From a virus (lineage: Duplodnaviria > Caudoviricetes): a stretch of DNA of 37,005 nt. Each line of letters opens with the position of its first letter. Within the stretch, counting starts at the first letter, position 1. The position numbers and the translations under genes were made by a program. The DNA is taken from positions 1 through 37,005 of the IMG/VR virus record IMGVR_UViG_3300033487_000316; one strand, written 5' to 3'. The notes under the pieces were generated by a model. That model was not told where the DNA came from and ran no database searches. It was given only the letters and a program-made list of their open reading frames with translations. Shown here piece after piece: positions 1 through 10,237 of this stretch.

Positions 1-3000
1 GCGTGGACCGTCAAGCGAGACTATACCGTTGACATCCTTGGCCAGCGCTTCCGCGTCTCGCTTTAAGCGCACACCTCTTTGTACGACAATGCGCCCACTT
101 GATACATAGTCTCCGGTCTTGGCATTTTTCCATGCCACAACTGGATGATCTCTAACTAACTCTAATGCCCTATCCATAGTCATCTCGGCCGGCGCAGCCT
201 CGCTCGGAGTCGGCACACGGGTTGTCACTTCTGCCGGCGAGGTCTCGCGCGGGGTGGGCACTAATCCTACAGACTCAGTAGCAGATTTAGCATCGTCCCA
301 TCCTTTGTACCATGCCGGTTTTAGAGCGGTCTCTAAACCACTCGGAGCAAGACGCGGATAGCCTTCTACAAAATGCCTCCAACCAATCTCAGATACTTCG
401 GACTCTGCCTGTGTGACGGCACGCGCAGCAGTCTCGCCCTGCGTGTACTTCCCCTGTAGCCAGTTATAGACGGCCTCGTTCTGCGCATGCGATGTGTCCG
501 CATCACTCGCGCCGGCCAGCTTCGCCAGCTCGGCGCGCAGGACTGTGATCCCAGCCTTACTCTGTGGGACGCGCGTGCCATCGTTGCGAATCGCCGTCAT
601 GATCGCGGCGCGTGCTCCGGCCCGGTTCGGACCAGACAGGGCCATGTCCCAATCCAGGCGCGCACGTCCGCCGAGGCTAATCATGATCTGTCGTTTAACA
701 TCTTCGATGTGCGCCGCTTCAAGCGAGAGTAGGTAGGCGTCTGCCGCTTCCGGTGTGATCTCTCCGATATTTTCGAGTAGGGGTAATCCACCTTCCGGCA
801 TCATGCCAGCCTGTGTTGGGCGGAGCTGCCCAAATTCAGGCACGGGGCTAATGCCTGGTAGCGGTTCTGTTGCAGCCACCTCGCGCGGCACAAAGGCGGA
901 CTCTGGCGCGCGCTGCGGGGTGCCGCTGAATATCGGTAACTCTTCCTCTCCAAACATCAACTGCTGGCCGGCTGGTGGTCGTCCGCGCTGCGCGATCGTC
1001 TTCGTCTCGGCTTCGCGTGCCAGTTGCTCGATCGGCGTTGTGCGGAATGACTCAGCGCGGACCTGCTCCGGCGTGCGTGGCGCAGGCTCTGCGACGGGCG
1101 GCTCGGGCCGAAGTGCGGCGATCTCTTCCGGGCTGTGTGCGACGGCCGTAATCGCCGACTTGGGTACAGTCACTTCCTGGCCGGATGGGACCAGCAGGCG
1201 CGCGCGTCGATCGTCTACTATCTTGATAACACGTGCCGGCGTATCCAGACCCGTAGCCGTGACCACTGATCCCAGCAGGTTACCGTTACTCACGTCTGGC
1301 CCGGTGAAGATGTCGGGCGCAATGTTGCGCAGGTAGGTGTACTTCCCATTCGCAACGTCATCTTTCAGCGCTGCGATGACACTTAGATCGACTGCCTCGC
1401 CGCGCTTATAAGCCCACAACAGGGCACCCTCGTAAGTCATCCCAGTACGGATCGGGTTTCCGGCGCTGTCAAATTCTCCGGTGTCCATCAGCGGGGAGAT
1501 CTGCGCGAGCACAGGGAAGCCGGCGGCTTTGGCTGCCGCCAGTCGGCGATGTCCATTTGTGACCACGTACTGCCCGTTTATGTGCTGCACAACTTGGATG
1601 GGCGGCGCGTTGCGTCCCTCGCGTAACCACTCCGCGTACCGCTGGGCGTCGATGTCACGGCCATCATAGCCTTGCTCGACGATATGCTCTGTCGGTTGGA
1701 GCGTGTTTGGATCGACGAGGCGTATCTGTTCTACCTCGTGACCGTATCCTCCGGGGATCTCATCCCATAACCATTGGCCTGGACGCAGTGTCAAGCGCTC
1801 GTATAGGGTAGAGGGCGTGGTCCTACTGCTGGCGATCTTGATGTTCTCAGGGGTGAGATACTGTCCGATGTCCGCCGTCCTCAATCCGCCCGTGCTAATC
1901 ATCTGGTCAGGCCGCAGCGTGTGCGGCATGTCGGTCAGCGGATAGGCCGGCTCGGTCTGGACTAGCAGTCTCTCGTACACTCCGCGCATGTCGGGCGTGA
2001 TGTCGATGTCGATGTCACTCCCAAGAATACGCTGATAGACCTGCACGATCCATTTCTTAAAGCGCTCAAACAGCCGGCGCAGTTCAGGAGTAGGCGCGTA
2101 GCCATCGGCCAAAAAGCGCTCGAACCCGCGCGCCCAATCTTCCTGTGCTCCGACAACCAGACCCTCTCGGATGGTAGCCGACCGATCGATACCGGACGAC
2201 ATCAACTCATCGCGCCCGTTGTACACTTGGAATTGCCCGGCGTCTTCGACGAGACGCCAGTCCTTTGGTAGCCTGTCGCTGGTGGCGAGCAGCCGGCCAT
2301 CGACTAGGGATACATCAATGTCCCGACTTGTCTTGAGCCAGTTCTGATAATGACCCAGATCCTGCCGGGCCTGGTCGTCCACCTTGGCGGCATCGAAGAG
2401 GTCGTACAGGAAACCGTGACTGACTTCGTGTACAAACGAGGTGATGTCACGATTCTTGAAACCGGTGACCGTGCGCTGCCAACCCTCGCGCAGTTCAAAC
2501 GCGGCCTTGGGCTGGCGGGCCTGCTCTTGGAAGAGTGGGACACCCTCACGCAGCACACTCTCACGCATGGCCGGCGTGATGTCGAGGGAGTGAACTTGTT
2601 CGACTCGTGCGTTTTTGCTGGCTGCGGCCAGTGCTTCCGCATGTGTCTTATAGAACGTGACGACATCTGATCCGTCTTCGTTGTACTGACGCAAGCGCCA
2701 GGGTTCTGCCGATCCATCTCCGAGATCATCGATCTCATATTCCCCGGTTCTATTCGGAAGAACTTCTCCGGCTGCCTGCCTGGCAGATTCAAGCGCTTCA
2801 CTGCCAACTTGCGATCGTCCTACCTCCCACTTATCGCCTAACTCATCGACTCGATAGACCGCAAACTCATCGCCCTCGCGCTCTAGTGTCATGTTCTCAC
2901 TGGCGAGATATTCACCATCTGCCAGCCGGCCGATTTCCCTTTCTCGTTCAGGACTGTGCCAATACGCAGCGTCAACATTTTCGGGCTTAGTGCTTACGGT

Positions 3001-6000
3001 TGGCCTAAACACATCCTCGGTGACTTCTGTTTTCTCGATGCCGATGCCAGAGAAGAGGCGGACTTTATTTCTGGCATCGTTTGGTGTATCGTAGAGGGCT
3101 ATCGCGCCATTTTCATGGCGTAGGTATGACCCATCCTCAAGGACGACTCGATACTTGGTGCTCGTGACCGACTCAATTTTACCGATAACCGTCTCGCCAA
3201 CCTGCGCGCCAAACTTCTTGCCAAACTTATCGGCGTACTTGGGCAGGATGTCATCATAGAAACCCTTCATCCCCTCCCCGCCGACAGACAACTGTGTTCC
3301 TGTTAGACGCTTATAAGAGTAGGGGTATTCTGTTGTAACATATTCATTACCATCGCCGGCCACAATGCGCGCCGCGATGTCCTTACCAATGTAGTTCTCC
3401 AGTTCTTCCGGCGTGAGCGGTTGCCGATTTGCGAACGTGCCGCCTATACCGTCTGTTGTTTCATAGGTGACAATGTACTTTCCATCTTCTGCTGACTCAT
3501 AGTTGATGTGCTTAACCCGTTTCGATATGTCGTAGCGTTCGGCCTGCTGCGCGCCAGTTGTCCACGCAATGCGATCGTACCCTTCCTCGGCGGCCAGCCG
3601 GGCGATGCGCCGAAAGGCCATCTCGTGCCAGGTCTTGGCATAGGGCGCCTGCGGGATACCGCGATCTTTGATCCGATCTAACTCCGATTGCAAGGCGTAT
3701 TGTTCTCGTCCGATCTCGCCGTCGCGCACATTAAGATTGTCGTGCAACCGTTTCAGGTCGGCATCAGGCCACTCGTCTTTCAGCCAGTCCCAACCATACT
3801 TTCCATACCGAGACTGATCGATGGTACCGTTCTGCATTTCGCGCAGTTGTACCTGCTGGCTGATACCCGCTAAGCGTTCTTCTTCTAGTGCAGCCAGTTG
3901 AGCAGTAATCGCCTGTACACGTGCGGGATCAACATACCCCTTCGTTCTACCCTGCTGGTGCCAGTCGCTCTGAATCTCTTCGATGAAGAGAACCTTCTTT
4001 CCGTCTGCATCAATCCGATCGTCAAGGCGGAAGTGGGCCAGTAGATTCTTGCCGAAACGTCCAAAGTGGGATGACTCGTATTGCTTCATCAGCGACCGAT
4101 TAAGATAGTCGGTCTTCTGATCGTAGATGCGCTTCCACTCCGGGCTATCTTCGGGTAGATCGCCGAGAAGTCGATTGAAGTATGCCACTTTGGCACTTTC
4201 AACCGTACTGGTATCCGGCATGGACATCAGCACTTCACGATAGTTCTCTCCGCCTGGCAGAGTATAGAGGTCGTAGATCGGAGTGGGCGCATTCACAACA
4301 GTCTTTTGCGCCTGGTTATATTTCCGCTTGGCTGACTGCGTGCTTTCATACAACGCACTTAGATACTCGCGCAGGCTATCGGCGCGTTCCTGCCCCAATC
4401 TCTTGACGAATGATAGGACTATCCCGCGCGGAGGATTCGGCTTAGCGAAGACTTCTACCAATCCACGGGCTGAGCTGATTGTTAGATCGAGATCGGCGAC
4501 GGTGATCTCGTCAACAGCCTGTTTCTTGGCGAGGTCAAGCCGGCCTTCAAGCGTCGTCATTTCAGAGTAGTACAGATCGCGCTCATCAATGAGGCTCTTG
4601 GGGATAGCCCCTAGAGTTTGCTCCTGTAGTGCAAATTGATTAGCGTTCAGGTAATCCAGCGCTTCGACCTTGCTGACTGGTCCAGTCTGTTCGTTCAGCC
4701 AGTCGTCGAATCCGGTCCACATCATCTCGTCGGCCTTCACGCCAGCGCCGGCCAGCATCTTACGCAGTTGGTCGATGGGCATTCGCGCCGACATCTTAGC
4801 GTCCAGCGTGCGCGCCAGAACGGAGTACCAGACCGGGCCGATCGCCTGGGTCTGGAAGAGGGGCTTCGCGCCGAACGAGAGTAGACTGTTAGGGATCGTC
4901 TCTTCGCGCGTCCCGATCGTGACGGTCGATGACTCAGGCGTGATGGACTTGACGACTGCCATCTCGCCGCGCGGCGTAACCACGGCATCGCCAATCTTCC
5001 AGGCCACTCCGGGCACTTCGCCAACTGCCGGCATGGGAGCCTCGACCAGTGGCACAAGTTCCCCACCTCGCGCCAGGTCTTCACCAAAGAGGCTGTATTG
5101 CGTCGGCTGCCCGAACATATCCAATTGATCGACGGCGGCCCGCTGGCGTTGACCACGCTGATACAGGGCCTGGGTAATGTCTCCAATTCCGCCAGCCTGC
5201 AAGCCGTACCAATCCTCGGGAGGCCGGTTCCAAACTCGTGACCAGACCTGCGCGTGTGCGTCGAGCAAAGCCATTGACATCTCGACCTGATCGGCATAGT
5301 CCGGGCTGGCCTGGTCAAACCAGCGGCTGACTACCTCATCAAGATAGCGCTGGCGTGTCCACGGGATAAGCGGCACGACATCGCTGGGGGCCGGATCAAG
5401 CAGGGCTTCGCGCGCCGTGACAACCTCTGCCTCCTGCTGCACTACGCGCGTCACATCCTCGACGGCAGACAGGGCCTGCTCGTTCAGGATCTCAGCCGGC
5501 GTTGCCTCAGCAAACATCGCGGCTCTGGCTTCGGCGTCGGCGCGTGCCGCTTCAAGGCGCGTGTTCATAGACTGCGTTGCTTCGAGTAGTGGCACATCCT
5601 CCATGTTTTCGTAGGCGGATAGATAGGCCCAGTCTGGATCGTCGATGTGCGCCTCGTTTGCCAGTCTCCGATCTTTGTTGACGGCATTCAATAGATGCTT
5701 GCGGCCACCCTTCCAGCCGGCGGCACGCATGATCGCCGTGTCCATCGTCGCCAATGACGGGGGCGGGACTGTGCGCAGGGGTGCCACTTCGCCCGGAGTC
5801 GGTTGTGCCCAAGTGGGTATCTCTTCCATTCCGGCCAGTGGATCGATCATCGTCTCGGCCAGTTGTGCCTCTTGGGCAGCGAGTAGTTCATCAACCGGGA
5901 TAGCCTCGGGGGTCTCGATGGGCGGCAAGCCAGCGGCTGCACGAGTAGCGTTGACCTCCGGTAGTACCTCGATCGGGGTCGGAATGTGGACCGGTGTCGG

Positions 6001-9000
6001 CAGGTCTGGCGTGCGTTCCGGGTCGAATACCTCACGCGCATTGAGAGTATCGAAGTCTGTCCCGGTAACACTCATGGGCTGCTCGACTGGTCCGGTCTCT
6101 GGTGCCGGCGTCACGGTCGGCGGTTTGATGGGCATCACATCCATTACCCGGTGACGCATGTCGATGTTGCGGATCATGATGTCCCGCCGGCGTGCCGTGC
6201 GTTCGGCATTGAAAGCCAGCCAGCGCTTGGACTTCTCCTTAGCGCTCTTGATATTCTTGATCGACTCGCGGAAGCGAGAGACAGCGGCCATGTCCTCCCG
6301 GTTGAACTGGCGCACGGTGTTGCGCCAATCATTGAAGGCGCGTCCGGTCTCATCGCCGAAGGCACGCGCAAACTCGGCCGTCATGTAAACGTCTGTGCGC
6401 AGCGCAATCGCCGCGAGGTCATCTGAGAGCGTGTTATACAGGGCGTTGATCTGTTCCTGTACCCTGATCCATTCCTCATCCGACTGCCGCTCTGGCCGTC
6501 CGAAGAACTCCGATCGAATCCGATCGCGCTCGGCGATAAACTCCTGGGTCTTCGCCCGCTTCTGTCGGGCCGCCGTTAGCCAGTTATCACTCAACTCCAA
6601 CCCGGCATCTTTCAGGCCGGACTCGACCCCGCGGTAGATGGCATCCTCATAGTCGAAGTAGGTTTGCCAGGATGAATCATCCGCCTCTGACAATTCCCGC
6701 TTCATCAGATCCCGAATACCCTTGTTGCCCTGCTGGTTGATGCGCTCCCACTCCACGTCATGACGGGACATGGTTTCTGAGTAGGTATCGAACAGGCGCG
6801 TTTCAATATCGTCGATACTATCCAGCGCCGCGCCCACATCGCCCAGCTTCATCACCTCCATAGCGTGCTCGCCAAACTGCGCGGCTTCCTCGCGTGCTGC
6901 TTCGTGGACAGCCTTCTCGCCGGCAGCTTTGATGTTGGCGAATGCCTTGCGGATGTGACCCTCGGTCGGTTTCTCGGGCAGCTTGCCCAGCTCGGTATTG
7001 ATTGTGCGGTCGAGGCCATCGATCTTGAACAGGTCTACTACCTGCTCTTCTGGCATCCCCAGATCGCGCGCCGTCTCTTTGATGTACTGCTGCATCACGG
7101 GTTGCGGGGCTTCGCCGAAGACTGCCGCATTGATCTCGCGCGGGTTTGCTCCGGCTTCGACCGCTGCATACACCCACTCAGGATCGATCCCAAAGCCGCG
7201 CAGTTGTTCCTCAAGCGCCGGCGGCATCAGGTCGATGCTCTTACCCTTGCGCCAGTTGGACGCATGGAAATCAAAGAACCCTTTGACCACGGCGCGCGCA
7301 CTCTGCCACTTCTCCACCTTCTGCGCCAGGCTGGTGGCCGGCATCTTGGCTGAGATACTATTACCCAGCCGCGTAATCTGCGCGAGTGCATCCTGTTTGT
7401 CCATCCCCTCTAATAGGACATGCTCACCACGCTTGTAAGCGACGGCCCCCCAGTTGCCGGCGTCGTTTGCTAAATCGGTCAGCTCGGCAGCGCCAATACC
7501 AGAGCGCAGGCGCGAAGGATCAATGCCCATGCTGCGCATCCGCTCAATGCCGGCTTTGATGTTGGTTAATCCCCAGACCCCACGGGCGAACATCGTCGCC
7601 TCGCCGTTGAAGACATTGTTGACGAGGTAACCAAGATTAGGACCCATCAGTAGCGTAGACTCGATCGCCTTTACAGCTCCAGCCAGACGCTGCGCGAAGC
7701 CGGGCGGCTGTACCTTAAACGTCTGAGCCGACCACTTGCCGGCATTCTCCATCATGCGCGAGAAGATCGCAGCCTGGTACTCTTCGGCAGTAAACGCCTG
7801 GCGACGGCCCATTGCATCGTACTCACGGAAGAGACCACGAATCGACTGTAATCCGTCTGCGTCAATCTCACTCGTACCGATCTTGAGAGGCGCACCCGTT
7901 GCCGCAGCAAACTCGGCGAGCACGCCGGCAGGATTTTCCTTGATGCGGTCGAAGACTGCAGCCGGCGTAATGTCTAACGCTTCGGAAATCTGATTGATAA
8001 GAGCCGCATACGGACGACTGGCCTTCCAACCGGAGAGCAATTCGTCGTAACTCTCCATCTCGCCCAGCGTCTGGCGATAGACCTTGCCTTCTAGGGTCTC
8101 CTGTATCTTAGAGTAAGCCTCGCGTCCTGGCATGGCGGCCGGCAGATCTTCCGGTCGCGCGCTGATGGTTGCCTTGACGGCGGCTGTGATGTCATCGACG
8201 TAGTTTGGATCGCCGATCGTAAAGCGCGAGTTGAGGTTTGACTGGTAGAAATTCAACGCCTGGTGCATCGTCTCTTTGGCTTCGCTCATCGGTTCGAGAC
8301 GATTCAACTGATACCACTTCGGCGGCTCGTAGCCGGCGCCCTCCGCCAGTTTTACCAGCGTCTTTGAGAGTAGCACCTTTTGGAGCATGTTCAGATCGCG
8401 CGCGGCTACAAAGTCATGGCGGAAGGGTATCTCACTTAGCATGATCCGCTTGTAGTTTTCCAGCGTCTTGATCAATCCGCCTTCGTAGGCAATCGCCGGG
8501 AAGGGGAAGAGGTCTAGTTTGACGCGGCCCTGCGTGCCCAGGATGCGCTCGGCCAGACCTTCACCACCCAATCTACGGACAATGCCGGCAGCGCCGCGCT
8601 GAATCGAACCCAGCGGTAGCGCTTCGGGCGTCATCGCCAGGGCCTTAGCCATACCTGGATCGTTGGCGTACTTGGCGTACAATTGCAGTCCACCCCGCTG
8701 GGCCTTGCCTACAAAGTTCAATGGATCGAGGAAGATGTTAAGCGCGAGATCTCGGATTTGACCCGGAGCACCAAACGACCCAGCCACTAGGGCCTTAATC
8801 TGATCCGGGTTCTGGCCTTCGAGAATACGTTGACGCGCCCAGGCCAGGGCATTGACACCAGACATGGGGGCCGGCCCGGTATCCCAATCGACAAACTGTG
8901 ACGTGGGGGATTCCATGATCCCATACATCGGCTTGCCAGTACGGATCGAATCGAGCATGTGCTGCACACCGAACACGCCGCGCACATCGAGCGGGGTAGC

Positions 9001-10113
9001 GGCATAGGTCAACTGTGCAGCGTCCCAGGCTGCGCCGAAGTTCTCGGCGAAGGTTTTGTTCTTGTCGAAGGAGTATTGATCTGGGTTGATCGCGGCAGCC
9101 AGACCCTGCGCACTCACGCCAATCACTCGCTTCACAGTCTCAGCCGGCGCATTGAGTGCGAGCAGGGCCATGCCTGGGATCGTGCGGTCAAATTCTTTTT
9201 GAGCCGCGTATAGTTCTTCGGCGGATGCAGCACGCTCGGCGAGTTGGCGTTGTTGTTCGGCCTGCACTAACATTGCGCCTGTGCCGATGGCTCCGCCGAT
9301 CAACGCGCCGATCGGGCCGGCGATAGCACCACCCACCAGCGCCGAAGGCGCACCTCCGGCAATAGCGGCCTGTCCAATCTGCGTCAGTGGATTGGACATG
9401 AATTGCGCAAACCCTCCACGCAAAGTCTTGTTAGGGTCGCCCTCTGGTAAACCAAACTGCTGACCAGCCCCCACCGTATCCTCTTTGTACTCGACGGGCG
9501 GCGCGATCTCGCGCGCAAATAACTTGATCTTCTGGTAACGCTTGTTCCCTTCCGTGCGATATTCGATGTTCCAGTCCTTACCAAACTCGCCAGGATTGAA
9601 AACAAACCCACCCTCTGGATCTAGTTCATAGTCCTCCGGTCCGCGCAGGTCAAGTCCAGCGGCTGTACCAATGTTCTTGGCAGTCTCAAGCGCATCCGAC
9701 ACAATCCGTATAGGGCCGGCCGGCGCTTGTGGCTGCTGCGAGCGTATCTCGCGTACTTGCTGATAACGCTGGCGGCTCTCTTCGTCCGGGGTGATGTGCA
9801 TTCGACCATCGTCGAGCACGCGCACCTTTGACTTTTCAAAGTTGACCCAGTTTGGTAAACGATATTTGAAGCGCTGCGCCGTTGTTCCGCCCGGGGGAGC
9901 CTTGTTAGGATCGTAGTATTCCCCTCCCTTGAAGCCGGCCGCCCAGCGGTCGCGCATCGCACGCATACGTGGGTCGGTAGCCGGCGGACCAAAACTGATC
10001 GGACGATTGGCCGGCGTCTTAGCCGGCGTCTTGGGCGGCTGTGGAGGTGGCGCTGTGTTAGGTTTTCCCTGTCCAACGGTTTGGGTTGGTTTCTGCTGTG
10101 GATTAGTAGCCAT
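1..10113 (-). CDS. Giant (>3,371 aa, 3'-truncated by window edge) polyvalent / internal virion (DNA-ejection-type) protein
   Basis: ATG at 10113 (MATNPQQKPTQ...). This minus frame has no entries in the ORF track and showed no stop wherever I translated it, down to base 1 (...ALAKDVNGIVSLDGPR). It contains a Gly-zipper hydrophobic segment (~9270-9370), a conserved phage domain with LFIEEIQSDWHQ (~3960-4000) and GMKGFYD (~3250-3275), an HEVSH zincin-like motif (2416-2430) followed by EDWARGFERFL, and a ParB/Srx-like PPIQV...VVTNGHRRLAAA segment (~1520-1610). Confidence 0.9.
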   Translation of the reverse strand, partial: MATNPQQKPTQTVGQGKPNTAPPPQPPKTPAKTPANRPISFGPPATDPRMRAMRDRWAAGFKGGEYYDPNKAPPGGTTAQRFKYRLPNWVNFEKSKVRVLDDGRMHITPDEESRQRYQQVREIRSQQPQAPAGPIRIVSDALETAKNIGTAAGLDLRGPEDYELDPEGGFVFNPGEFGKDWNIEYRTEGNKRYQKIKLFAREIAPPVEYKEDTVGAGQQFGLPEGDPNKTLRGGFAQFMSNPLTQIGQAAIAGGAPSALVGGAIAGPIGALIGGAIGTGAMLVQAEQQRQLAERAASAEELYAAQKEFDRTIPGMALLALNAPAETVKRVIGVSAQGLAAAINPDQYSFDKNKTFAENFGAAWDAAQLTYAATPLDVRGVFGVQHMLDSIRTGKPMYGIMESPTSQFVDWDTGPAPMSGVNALAWARQRILEGQNPDQIKALVAGSFGAPGQIRDLALNIFLDPLNFVGKAQRGGLQLYAKYANDPGMAKALAMTPEALPLGSIQRGAAGIVRRLGGEGLAERILGTQGRVKLDLFPFPAIAYEGGLIKTLENYKRIMLSEIPFRHDFVAARDLNMLQKVLLSKTLVKLAEGAGYEPPKWYQLNRLEPMSEAKETMHQALNFYQSNLNSRFTIGDPNYVDDITAAVKATISARPEDLPAAMPGREAYSKIQETLEGKVYRQTLGEMESYDELLSGWKASRPYAALINQISEALDITPAAVFDRIKENPAGVLAEFAAATGAPLKIGTSEIDADGLQSIRGLFREYDAMGRRQAFTAEEYQAAIFSRMMENAGKWSAQTFKVQPPGFAQRLAGAVKAIESTLLMGPNLGYLVNNVFNGEATMFARGVWGLTNIKAGIERMRSMGIDPSRLRSGIGAAELTDLANDAGNWGAVAYKRGEHVLLEGMDKQDALAQITRLGNSISAKMPATSLAQKVEKWQSARAVVKGFFDFHASNWRKGKSIDLMPPALEEQLRGFGIDPEWVYAAVEAGANPREINAAVFGEAPQPVMQQYIKETARDLGMPEEQVVDLFKIDGLDRTINTELGKLPEKPTEGHIRKAFANIKAAGEKAVHEAAREEAAQFGEHAMEVMKLGDVGAALDSIDDIETRLFDTYSETMSRHDVEWERINQQGNKGIRDLMKRELSEADDSSWQTYFDYEDAIYRGVESGLKDAGLELSDNWLTAARQKRAKTQEFIAERDRIRSEFFGRPERQSDEEWIRVQEQINALYNTLSDDLAAIALRTDVYMTAEFARAFGDETGRAFNDWRNTVRQFNREDMAAVSRFRESIKNIKSAKEKSKRWLAFNAERTARRRDIMIRNIDMRHRVMDVMPIKPPTVTPAPETGPVEQPMSVTGTDFDTLNAREVFDPERTPDLPTPVHIPTPIEVLPEVNATRAAAGLPPIETPEAIPVDELLAAQEAQLAETMIDPLAGMEEIPTWAQPTPGEVAPLRTVPPPSLATMDTAIMRAAGWKGGRKHLLNAVNKDRRLANEAHIDDPDWAYLSAYENMEDVPLLEATQSMNTRLEAARADAEARAAMFAEATPAEILNEQALSAVEDVTRVVQQEAEVVTAREALLDPAPSDVVPLIPWTRQRYLDEVVSRWFDQASPDYADQVEMSMALLDAHAQVWSRVWNRPPEDWYGLQAGGIGDITQALYQRGQRQRAAVDQLDMFGQPTQYSLFGEDLARGGELVPLVEAPMPAVGEVPGVAWKIGDAVVTPRGEMAVVKSITPESSTVTIGTREETIPNSLLSFGAKPLFQTQAIGPVWYSVLARTLDAKMSARMPIDQLRKMLAGAGVKADEMMWTGFDDWLNEQTGPVSKVEALDYLNANQFALQEQTLGAIPKSLIDERDLYYSEMTTLEGRLDLAKKQAVDEITVADLDLTISSARGLVEVFAKPNPPRGIVLSFVKRLGQERADSLREYLSALYESTQSAKRKYNQAQKTVVNAPTPIYDLYTLPGGENYREVLMSMPDTSTVESAKVAYFNRLLGDLPEDSPEWKRIYDQKTDYLNRSLMKQYESSHFGRFGKNLLAHFRLDDRIDADGKKVLFIEEIQSDWHQQGRTKGYVDPARVQAITAQLAALEEERLAGISQQVQLREMQNGTIDQSRYGKYGWDWLKDEWPDADLKRLHDNLNVRDGEIGREQYALQSELDRIKDRGIPQAPYAKTWHEMAFRRIARLAAEEGYDRIAWTTGAQQAERYDISKRVKHINYESAEDGKYIVTYETTDGIGGTFANRQPLTPEELENYIGKDIAARIVAGDGNEYVTTEYPYSYKRLTGTQLSVGGEGMKGFYDDILPKYADKFGKKFGAQVGETVIGKIESVTSTKYRVVLEDGSYLRHENGAIALYDTPNDARNKVRLFSGIGIEKTEVTEDVFRPTVSTKPENVDAAYWHSPEREREIGRLADGEYLASENMTLEREGDEFAVYRVDELGDKWEVGRSQVGSEALESARQAAGEVLPNRTGEYEIDDLGDGSAEPWRLRQYNEDGSDVVTFYKTHAEALAAASKNARVEQVHSLDITPAMRESVLREGVPLFQEQARQPKAAFELREGWQRTVTGFKNRDITSFVHEVSHGFLYDLFDAAKVDDQARQDLGHYQNWLKTSRDIDVSLVDGRLLATSDRLPKDWRLVEDAGQFQVYNGRDELMSSGIDRSATIREGLVVGAQEDWARGFERFLADGYAPTPELRRLFERFKKWIVQVYQRILGSDIDIDITPDMRGVYERLLVQTEPAYPLTDMPHTLRPDQMISTGGLRTADIGQYLTPENIKIASSRTTPSTLYERLTLRPGQWLWDEIPGGYGHEVEQIRLVDPNTLQPTEHIVEQGYDGRDIDAQRYAEWLREGRNAPPIQVVQHINGQYVVTNGHRRLAAAKAAGFPVLAQISPLMDTGEFDSAGNPIRTGMTYEGALLWAYKRGEAVDLSVIAALKDDVANGKYTYLRNIAPDIFTGPDVSNGNLLGSVVTATGLDTPARVIKIVDDRRARLLVPSGQEVTVPKSAITAVAHSPEEIAALRPEPPVAEPAPRTPEQVRAESFRTTPIEQLAREAETKTIAQRGRPPAGQQLMFGEEELPIFSGTPQRAPESAFVPREVAATEPLPGISPVPEFGQLRPTQAGMMPEGGLPLLENIGEITPEAADAYLLSLEAAHIEDVKRQIMISLGGRARLDWDMALSGPNRAGARAAIMTAIRNDGTRVPQSKAGITVLRAELAKLAGASDADTSHAQNEAVYNWLQGKYTQGETAARAVTQAESEVSEIGWRHFVEGYPRLAPSGLETALKPAWYKGWDDAKSATESVGLVPTPRETSPAEVTTRVPTPSEAAPAEMTMDRALELVRDHPVVAWKNAKTGDYVSSGRIVVQRGVRLKRDAEALAKDVNGIVSLDGPR

Positions 10114-10176
10114 GTAATTGCCTTGCGCTATGTAATGGCGCACGCTCACGATCGAGGATGATCGAAAGCCTGATCG

Positions 10177-10215
10177 AAAATGAGGCGACCGCGCAGTAGC
10201 GATCGGTCGCCCCAT
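10177..10215 (-). terminator. Intrinsic terminator-like hairpin upstream of the giant gene
   Basis: Minus strand ATGGGGCGACCG-12 nt loop-CGGTCGCCTCAT (one G-U pair) followed by TTT. Confidence 0.55.
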
Positions 10216-10237
10216 CTAACAGACAACTGATAGCGGC

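Noticed and set aside
366-10117. About 40 short ORFs listed on both strands
   Set aside because: All overlap the single giant minus-strand frame and are antisense or off-frame shadows
10114-10215. Alternative in-frame ATG at 10215 for the giant gene
   Set aside because: It lies in the hairpin stem with no RBS; 10113 is preferred, though not proven
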